Shown: positions 25,680 through 32,000 of the stretch, piece after piece
Position numbering within the stretch: the stretch's first letter is position 1
How the letters are laid out: every line of letters starts with the position of its first letter
From: Polyangiaceae bacterium
GTDB lineage: Bacteria > Myxococcota_A > Polyangia > Polyangiales > Polyangiaceae
DNA length: 32,000 bases
Assembly (NCBI GenBank): GCA_052147435.1
Contig: JBKQKP010000055.1
Coordinates: 1-32,000, forward strand
Direction: 5' to 3'
Position numbers and translations under genes: made by a program
Notes under the pieces: generated by a model
The model's input: only the letters and a program-made list of their open reading frames with translations
What the model was told of the DNA's origin: nothing
Database searches by the model: none

Positions 25680-28600
25680 TCAGAAGGCGTTGAGCTCCGC
25701 GAGGGCGCGCCCGCACTCCTCCGCCATCGTACGCACCTTCAGCTGCGTCGCCAGGTGGAGCGCCCGTTCGAGGACCGGCCCGGCCGTGCGTCGGCGCGTC
25801 GCCGCGAGGAGATGACCGAGCCAGTAGCGCGCGTGGAGCTCGACCCATGCCTCGCTCGCGGCGCGCGCGTCCTCCGCGAGAGCCTCGAGGCGATCATGGC
25901 GCTCGTCGAGGTAGGCGAGGAGCACCTCGTTGTGCTTCTGGTGCCGCTCCGCGCCGATCTCGGGGGCCATCCCGACTGACTGCTCGATCAGCGTGCGCGC
26001 GCGATCCCGCTGCCCCAGGCGAAGGTACTGCTCGCCCGCGTTGTGCAGGTGGGCGAACTCGTCGAAGCGTAGCCCTGCGCGCCGCGCGATCGCGATCGCG
26101 GACTCTGCAGCGTCGGCCGCCTTCGCGTATTCGCCCGCGAAGAGGAAGCAGAAGTAACGGTGCTTCGCACAGTGGGCGAGAGCGACGGGATCCTCTCGCG
26201 GCGGCTCGGCGCCGGCGGATGCCGGTGTAGAGAGGATCGCCTCTGCCCGACTCACCAGATCGAGGCCGCGAGCGAGGGCGGACCGTCCGCCGACCATGAC
26301 GACCGCCATGGAGAAGAGGAGCAGCATCTCCTGGCGCGCTCGAGGCTCCTCGGGGAGCAACGTCTCCTCGAGGAGCGCGACCGTGGTCCCCACCTCTCCC
26401 GCCCAGAACGAGACCTTGACGGACGCGTACGAAACCGACCGGAAGCGGTCCGGATCGTCCGTCGCGCGCTCGCTCGCTTCGGCGAGGAGCTTCTTCGCTT
26501 CGACGAAATCTGCGAGCGCGCCCATGGCGCACGCCGCGTTCGCGAGGGTGGCCGCGAGCACGGGGCCGTCGCCCGCCGCGCGCACGACCTCGAGCGCGGG
26601 CTCGAGCGCGGCGCGCACGATCGCATGGGAGGCGTTCGACGCCCCCTCGGGCGGTGGCCGGACGTAGCGGTCGAGCCCGAGGAGCACGTCGCGGGGGTCG
26701 ATGCTGCGGCTCGCCTCGAGGGCGATCGCCAGGCCGTGAACGCGCGCGGCGTTGGTTTCGACGGTCTCCGATCCCGCATCCCCCACGAGGAGAGCTCGCG
26801 TCGCGCAGCGCGCGGCGGCGTCAGCCTGCGCCCGGGAAGACCTCATCTCCGCCGTTCTCGAAAGACACGCAGCGGCGCGCGCGCGATCGCCCGCTTCGAG
26901 CCAGTGGAGCGCGACGACCTCGCCGTCCTCGTGGACCTGTTCGAGCCACCGCGCGGCGAGGCGATGACCGAGCTGGCGATCGCCGTCCGTCAGGGTGGCG
27001 TAGGCCGTCCCGCGCAGGAGCGCGTGGCGGAAGCCGAGCTCGCGCATGCCCGCAAACCGGGGGTGCTCCGACGGAGCGATCGCCTCTTGCTCGACGAGCG
27101 TGACGATGGCCGGCTCGAGCGCGGCCGCATCCTGCCCGACGAGCGCGCTCACCCCCTCGACGCAGAAGGAGTCGCCGAAGATGCTGGCAGCGCGCAGGAT
27201 CTTGCGCAAGCTCGGCTCGAGCCGCTCGAGGCGCGCCTGCGCCACGGCGATCACCGTCTCGGGGAGATCGTCGTCGCGCGACGTCGGCGAGCGCCGGCTC
27301 ACCCCGCGCGGTCGCTGGACCGCGGCGCGAATGAGCTCCTCCAGACAGAAGCCGTTCCCCTCCGACCTCTCCACGATCCGCTCCACGTCCTCGTCGAGCG
27401 TCTCGTCGCCCATCACGTCGCGCACCAGAGTCGCGCACGCGCGCTTCGGGATCGGCGGGAGGCGAATCTCGATCAGGTCGCGGTTCGCGAAGAGCGAGGG
27501 GAAGCGCTCGTGAATATCCGGCCGCGCGAGCGCGAGGATGAACGGGTTCGATCCCGCGCCGCGGCGGAGCGCGCGGTCGAGGAGCTTCACCGAGGAGTCG
27601 TCGCTCCACTGGAGATCCTCGAGGACGAGCACGACGGGTCGCTCCTTGCACCACGCGCGCAGGATGTCAGAGAACGCGCGCCCGACCTGGTCGGCCATCG
27701 CCGCGGCGTCGTTGCGCGCGGCGCGGAGCGGGAGGTGCTCCGCGTCGTCGAAGCCCGCGCCGATGAGCTCCCCGAGGAAGTCGCTCACTCGCGTCGCCTC
27801 CCCTTCGGGCACGAGCGTCGCGACGTACTGCCGGAGCCTCTTGCGCACCCCCTCTCGGGGCTCCCCGTCACGCAACCCGGCCGCTTGACGGATCGCCTGC
27901 GCGAGCATCGCGTACGGGGTCGTCGAGTGCATCGGGTCGCCGCGGCACATGAGGATTTGCGGGGCGTCGGGGCCGGCGCCGAGACGGCGCACGAGCTCGT
28001 GACGGAGGCGGGACTTGCCCGCGCCGGCGCCGGCCGTCACGAGCACCACCTTCGGTCCGTCGCCCCTGGCAGACTCGACGACCAGGCTCTCGAGGATCGA
28101 CAGCTCGCGCTCGCGCCCCACGCAGGGGGTAGGCTTGCCGAGCAGCGGCCGCGTGGGATCGAGCGTGAGGAGCTCGTGCTTCACGACGAGCTTGCCCGCT
28201 TCGCGTCGGATGTCGAAGCGCGCGGTGACGAGCGCTGCGGTGACGTCGTCGACCTCGATGCCCCGATCCGTCGAGCCCGCGCGGACGATCGACACCGCGC
28301 GCTCGATCACTTCCCCCATCGGGACGCGCCCCCCGGTGACCGCGCTCCCGGTCGTCAGGGCGAGGCTCGCGCCGGGGAACGTCTCGGCGACGTAGCACGC
28401 GAAGCGAACGAGGAGCGTTGCCTGGTCCGCGGCGCTGGCCCGCTCCGGAGCGAGCACGATCGCCATGCGATCGGCCAGGAGGTGGGCCCGCACCCCGAAA
28501 CGTACCGAAGACGAGTAGACCGGATGCGCGTCAGCGCGCGTCTCGTCGGCGTTCTGGGGGGTCGTCTTGTGCGGGGGGAGGACGACCACGAGGACCGTGA

Positions 28601-29489
28601 GAACCCGCCGCTCGCTCTCGGTGAGCGCAGGCGAGTTCGGGCGCACGCTCTCGACCCGCGGTTCCTCCTCGAGATCGGCGAGTCGACGCGCGAGCTCGGC
28701 GCCGTCGCGCGGGCGCCGTTCCGGCTCCTTCGCGACCATCCGGTGAACGAGCAGGTCGAGCGCAGCGGGAGCCTCCGGCCGAAGCTCGGAGACCCGAGGC
28801 GCGTCCTCGAGGAGGATCTTCGCGAGCACCGACATCAGGTGCGCTCCATCGAAGAGCCGCCGCCCGGTGAGGCACTCGAAGAGCACGCAGCCGAACGCGA
28901 AGACGTCCACCGTCGGCGCGACCTCGCGGTCGCCGCGCGCTTGCTCGGGCGCGATGTACCCGGGGGTGCCGATGAGAGACCCCGAGAGCGTGAGGACCTG
29001 CTGGGAAATGCTCGCGCGCGCGATGCCGAGATCGATGAGCTGGACGTCCTCGACCCTTCCGCCGGGCAAGAACAAGTTGCTCGGCTTCAGATCGCGGTGA
29101 ACGAAGCCTCGACCATGGAGATAGGACAGCGCGTCGGCCACGTGGCGCGCGAGCACGAGCGCATCCTCGATCGAGAGCGGCCCGTTCTTCAGGTGCTGCT
29201 GCAGATCGACTCCGTCGAGCCACGGCATGACGAGGTACGGCGCGCCGTCTTGCGTGACGCCGTTGCTGACGTACCCGACGATGTGCGGGTGATCGAGCTT
29301 CGAGAGGACCTCGACCTCGTGCGCGAAGCGGTCTGCGGGCCCCTGGTCGCGCTGGAGGAGCACCTTCAACGCGACGGTACGATCCGTCTTGCGGTCGCGT
29401 GCCTGGTAGACGACACCCATCCCCCCCGAGCCGGCGACCTGCCCGATCTCGAACCGACCTTCGACGACGTTTTCGGGTCGGACTGGCAT
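25680..29489 (-). CDS. Ser/Thr protein kinase fused to a STAND/AAA ATPase and a TPR-like C-terminal region
   Basis: 1269 aa. Kinase motifs GSGGMGVVY, VALKVL, HRDLKPSN, DLGIA. Walker A LVTAGAGAGKSRL. A Walker B-like motif VLVLEDLQWSD. A long helical repeat tail. Confidence 0.9.
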   Translation of the reverse strand: MPVRPENVVEGRFEIGQVAGSGGMGVVYQARDRKTDRTVALKVLLQRDQGPADRFAHEVEVLSKLDHPHIVGYVSNGVTQDGAPYLVMPWLDGVDLQQHLKNGPLSIEDALVLARHVADALSYLHGRGFVHRDLKPSNLFLPGGRVEDVQLIDLGIARASISQQVLTLSGSLIGTPGYIAPEQARGDREVAPTVDVFAFGCVLFECLTGRRLFDGAHLMSVLAKILLEDAPRVSELRPEAPAALDLLVHRMVAKEPERRPRDGAELARRLADLEEEPRVESVRPNSPALTESERRVLTVLVVVLPPHKTTPQNADETRADAHPVYSSSVRFGVRAHLLADRMAIVLAPERASAADQATLLVRFACYVAETFPGASLALTTGSAVTGGRVPMGEVIERAVSIVRAGSTDRGIEVDDVTAALVTARFDIRREAGKLVVKHELLTLDPTRPLLGKPTPCVGRERELSILESLVVESARGDGPKVVLVTAGAGAGKSRLRHELVRRLGAGPDAPQILMCRGDPMHSTTPYAMLAQAIRQAAGLRDGEPREGVRKRLRQYVATLVPEGEATRVSDFLGELIGAGFDDAEHLPLRAARNDAAAMADQVGRAFSDILRAWCKERPVVLVLEDLQWSDDSSVKLLDRALRRGAGSNPFILALARPDIHERFPSLFANRDLIEIRLPPIPKRACATLVRDVMGDETLDEDVERIVERSEGNGFCLEELIRAAVQRPRGVSRRSPTSRDDDLPETVIAVAQARLERLEPSLRKILRAASIFGDSFCVEGVSALVGQDAAALEPAIVTLVEQEAIAPSEHPRFAGMRELGFRHALLRGTAYATLTDGDRQLGHRLAARWLEQVHEDGEVVALHWLEAGDRARAAACLSRTAEMRSSRAQADAAARCATRALLVGDAGSETVETNAARVHGLAIALEASRSIDPRDVLLGLDRYVRPPPEGASNASHAIVRAALEPALEVVRAAGDGPVLAATLANAACAMGALADFVEAKKLLAEASERATDDPDRFRSVSYASVKVSFWAGEVGTTVALLEETLLPEEPRARQEMLLLFSMAVVMVGGRSALARGLDLVSRAEAILSTPASAGAEPPREDPVALAHCAKHRYFCFLFAGEYAKAADAAESAIAIARRAGLRFDEFAHLHNAGEQYLRLGQRDRARTLIEQSVGMAPEIGAERHQKHNEVLLAYLDERHDRLEALAEDARAASEAWVELHARYWLGHLLAATRRRTAGPVLERALHLATQLKVRTMAEECGRALAELNAF

Positions 29490-29538
29490 GGCGCGCCGAT
29501 GAGCATAGCCGCTCGGCTCACGGGAGTGATCCGGGTGG

Positions 29539-29567
29539 AAAAAGACGCGTCAGCGACGCGACTTTTT
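29539..29567 (-). terminator. intrinsic terminator-like hairpin overlapping the stop codon of the 54-aa ORF
   Basis: The minus-strand RNA reads AAAAAG-U-CGCGUC-GCU-GACGCG-U-CUUUUU. The 6-bp GC stem (29546-29551 / 29555-29560) is flanked by a complementary A5 run (29539-29543) and T5 run (29563-29567). Confidence 0.55.
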
Positions 29568-29714
29568 GCGCTTGCCGAGCGCCTTCACCTTCGGATTGTC
29601 ACTCGCGATGATCGTCGCGGCGGCGAGCGCAGACAGCGCGTTCGCCGCTTGAATGAGCTTCTTCAGCGCCTCGAGATCGAGCTCGACCGTCACGGTCTTC
29701 TTCTTCGCAGCCAT
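29550..29714 (-). CDS. unannotated 54-aa Lys/Ala-rich small protein (below the ORF-track size cut-off)
   Basis: Hand translation gives MAAKKKTVTVELDLEALKKLIQAANALSALAAATIIASDNPKVKALGKRKKSRR. The start context is AAGGAGGGTAATTTC-ATG. Third codon positions are mostly G/C. It lies 66 nt downstream of the YcaO stop. Confidence 0.6.
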   Translation of the reverse strand: MAAKKKTVTVELDLEALKKLIQAANALSALAAATIIASDNPKVKALGKRKKSRR

Positions 29715-29780
29715 GAAATTACCCTCCTTGCCGGGTCCCGGCGACGGGAGACTACCTTCTCGACGTCGCTCGGTGGGAGA

Positions 29781-31007
29781 TCACGAGCGGACGCCCGCGC
29801 GCGCATGATCTCTCAACCTCACGCCGAAGCGGGTCACCGCCTCGCTGAACAGCTCCATCCTCGGAACGATCACCCTCGCGATCTGCAGATCGTCCTCGGG
29901 CGCGGAGAACGCGACGCGGTACGCCTTCGCGAAGCCGAGCTCGCGGAACCTTCGCAAGACGAGCTCCTCGCACGCCTCCACGCTCCTCACCGTGGAGCCG
30001 TGATCGTCGACCGCCTGCATCGGCACCGCCTCCCCCTGCGAAGCCCTCCTCACGACCGACTCGACGAAGCCCCGCTTTCGGCGCGCGCTCCACCCGCGGT
30101 AGCGCGCGAGCATCGTGTCGAGATCGTCGCGACCGCCGTGGATGAACGAGAGCCGGCTCTGCGCGGCCTCCGCTACGGCGCGCACGAACGCCACGCTGCG
30201 GTGCGGATGGCAGCCGAAGCCGCCGTTGAGCAGGTGCGGGGCGCACGCATCGGGGTCGTGGATGATCGCGAAGAAATAGGGCACGCCGAAGGGATTTCTC
30301 ACCGTGCGCACGTAAAGCTCGAGATCGGCGGCGCGGACGGCCTCGACGAGGGAGCGGCCAGGCTCGTCGACCGTGGCAAGGTCGACGGGGACGCTCGTAT
30401 CGCGCACCACCTCGAACGAGCGAACGTCGCGCTCGATGACCTCGCAGAGTCCGTGGACGGTCGCTTCCTGCAGGGAGTTGCCCGAGGCGAGGCCGTTGGA
30501 GGTCGCCCCGAAGAGCCCGAGGAAGCGCGCGTGCGGGCGGAACGGGACAAACACCAGCTCTGCGGGGACTAGAGCGCGCTCGCATGTCGTGATCTCCTCG
30601 ACCTCCACGCAGTCGAGCGGGGCGTCGAGGCGGACACGCGCCCCCGCTCGCGGACACAGGTCGAGGATGGCCTCGGCTCTCGTTCGCCCGTCGAGCACGT
30701 CGCGCGCGGTCGCGCGCACGGTCGCGACGTGCGATGCCCCGGGCTCGGCGAGCGCGAGCTCGATCGCTTCCATGTAGGCGCCGACCTCGGCCTCGATCGG
30801 GTGGAGGCCTTTCCCAGCGCTCACGCAGAGCGAGCCCACCACGGCCGATGGGCGGATGCTCGCGTAGACCGGGATGCCGACGCGGTCGAGGCGCGTGATG
30901 TCGGTGACGCGCGAGATCCCGAGCCCACGCGCGCGGGCCTTTGCGCGCTGGAGCGTGACCTCCGGCGGGGTCGTGCGAAGGCTGGAGCTCAGGTGGACGG
31001 TGGACAT
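29781..31007 (-). CDS. YcaO-like family protein (ATP-dependent amide-backbone-activating enzyme)
   Basis: 408 aa. The N-terminus RAKARARGLGISRVTDITRLDRVGIPVYASIRP...SAGKGL...AEVGAYMEAIE and the central SNGLASGNSLQEATVHGLCEVIERD are YcaO hallmarks. Confidence 0.85.
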   Translation of the reverse strand: MSTVHLSSSLRTTPPEVTLQRAKARARGLGISRVTDITRLDRVGIPVYASIRPSAVVGSLCVSAGKGLHPIEAEVGAYMEAIELALAEPGASHVATVRATARDVLDGRTRAEAILDLCPRAGARVRLDAPLDCVEVEEITTCERALVPAELVFVPFRPHARFLGLFGATSNGLASGNSLQEATVHGLCEVIERDVRSFEVVRDTSVPVDLATVDEPGRSLVEAVRAADLELYVRTVRNPFGVPYFFAIIHDPDACAPHLLNGGFGCHPHRSVAFVRAVAEAAQSRLSFIHGGRDDLDTMLARYRGWSARRKRGFVESVVRRASQGEAVPMQAVDDHGSTVRSVEACEELVLRRFRELGFAKAYRVAFSAPEDDLQIARVIVPRMELFSEAVTRFGVRLRDHARAGVRS

Positions 31008-31141
31008 CGGCGGGGATCGGGGGGCGTCTTGGCGTCGCGTGTCGCGTCGGAACGCTAGAACGAATCTGGCCCCCTCGGTTTTTCGTCGCGTATCGCCAGG
31101 GGGTCGCTTTCCTGGCGAAACGACCCTAACGTGCCGCGTCG

Positions 31142-32000
31142 ATGTGGTCTCGAGGTTGGCGCGACGAGGTCTGGAGCAGCCTGAACGGAGGCACGAAACC
31201 CTGGGACTTGATCGTCGTGGGGGGGGGCATCACGGGGGCGGGCATCGTCGCCGAAGCGGCGCGGATCGGGCTGAAGGCGCTCCTCGTGGAGGCGCAGGAC
31301 TTCGCGTCGGGGACGTCGAGCCGATCGACCAAGCTCGTCCACGGCGGGCTCCGCTACCTGCGCGAAGGGCAGCTCCGCGTGACCCGCGAGAGCGTCGTCG
31401 AGCGCGAGCGGCTGATGCAGGAAGCGCGCGGGCTGGTTCAGCCTCTCGGCTTTTGGCTAACGACGTTCGAGGGGGACAAGATGCCCGGCTGGATGTTCGG
31501 CCTGGGGCTCGCGATGTACGACGCGCTGGCGGGCAAATGGGCGCACGAGAGCCACGACGCGAAGGAGCTCCTCAATCGAGTCCCCTCGCTCGGTGGGGCG
31601 AAGGTCCGCGGCGGTTACCACTACTTCGACGCGCAGACCGACGACGCGCGGCTCGTCCTGCGCGTCCTGCGCGAGGCGGTCGGGCGGGGCGCCGTGGCGA
31701 TCAACTACGCCCGCGCGACCGACGTGCTCAAGACGAAGAACGGGCGCGTGCGGGGCGTCGTGATCGAGGACGTGAGCGGCGGCCCGACGCGGTCGGCGGA
31801 GGTCGAGGCGCGCGTCGTGATCAACGCGACGGGGGCGTGGGCGGACGGGCTGCGGCTGAAGGTGGGGGCCGAGAAGCGGCTACGCCCCATCCGCGGGAGC
31901 CACCTCGTCCTTTCGGCGAAGCGCCTCCCGATCGCGCAGGCCATCAGCATGCTCCACCCGCGCGACGGCCGCGCCGTCTTCGCGATCCCCTGGGAGGGGG
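31142..32000 (+). CDS. glpD: FAD-dependent glycerol-3-phosphate dehydrogenase, 5-prime partial (runs off the window)
   Basis: Not in the ORF track because there is no stop in the window. Hand translation from ATG 31142 gives MWSRGWRDEVWSSLNGGTKPWDLIVVGGGITGAGIVAEAARIGLKALLVEAQDFASGTSSRSTKLVHGGLRYL, which matches the GlpD N-terminus. Confidence 0.85.
   Translation, partial: MWSRGWRDEVWSSLNGGTKPWDLIVVGGGITGAGIVAEAARIGLKALLVEAQDFASGTSSRSTKLVHGGLRYLREGQLRVTRESVVERERLMQEARGLVQPLGFWLTTFEGDKMPGWMFGLGLAMYDALAGKWAHESHDAKELLNRVPSLGGAKVRGGYHYFDAQTDDARLVLRVLREAVGRGAVAINYARATDVLKTKNGRVRGVVIEDVSGGPTRSAEVEARVVINATGAWADGLRLKVGAEKRLRPIRGSHLVLSAKRLPIAQAISMLHPRDGRAVFAIPWEG

Noticed and set aside
24454-25848. 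N-terminal 465 codons of track ORF 24133..25848
   Set aside because: Only the last 106 codons (MSDDLIF...) look like PntA part 2. The upstream part is out of frame relative to pntAA, which has clear NAD-binding motifs. An ATGA start/stop overlap at 24450-24453 gives the standard pntAA-pntAB junction.
26160-30572. 1470-aa plus-strand ORF
   Set aside because: It is antisense to the kinase/STAND gene, the small ORF and YcaO. Its product is Arg/Glu/Asp-rich nonsense, whereas the minus-strand products have unambiguous kinase, P-loop and YcaO motifs.
1-32000. CRISPR arrays, prophage, transposons or integrons
   Set aside because: No regularly spaced repeats were found. No integrase, transposase, recombinase or phage structural genes were found. 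The Uma2 nuclease alone does not indicate a mobile element.

Overview
This is a 32 kb chromosomal segment at about 70% GC. I infer a Myxococcota-like origin from three multidomain Ser/Thr-kinase or FGE-sulfatase-domain proteins; this is not proven. About 25 protein genes can be supported. They include: an MpaB-type oxygenase; a TerB-like protein; a cytochrome P450 divergent from a TetR regulator; a minus-strand run of FGE-domain protein, carboxylesterase and metallophosphoesterase; a GMC oxidoreductase convergent with an aldehyde dehydrogenase; a secreted amidohydrolase; a kinase-FGE fusion; pepQ; a Uma2 nuclease; the pntAA-pntAB-pntB transhydrogenase operon; a 1269-aa kinase/STAND-ATPase/TPR protein; a YcaO protein; and the 5-prime part of glpD. 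I found no rRNA, tRNA, CRISPR array, transposase or integrase. Long alternate-frame ORFs opposite real genes are ordinary high-GC shadow ORFs. Two loci stand out. (1) Positions 7888-11066 form a roughly 3.2 kb gap with no credible ORF in any frame. It starts with a 300-bp AT-rich island (about 46% GC) carrying repeated motifs. About 2.4 kb of plus-strand sequence follows, strongly and strand-specifically enriched in C(UUCG)G and GNRA hairpins, containing an internally repeated module, and ending in a textbook intrinsic terminator. I read this as a candidate very large structured ncRNA of no family I recognise. (2) A TfuA-type YcaO has no TfuA, E1-like or dehydrogenase partner. It is followed by an unannotated 54-aa Lys/Ala-rich ORF with a near-consensus Shine-Dalgarno site and its own terminator, directly upstream of the STAND kinase. 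All functional calls come from reading motifs by eye. No database search was run.
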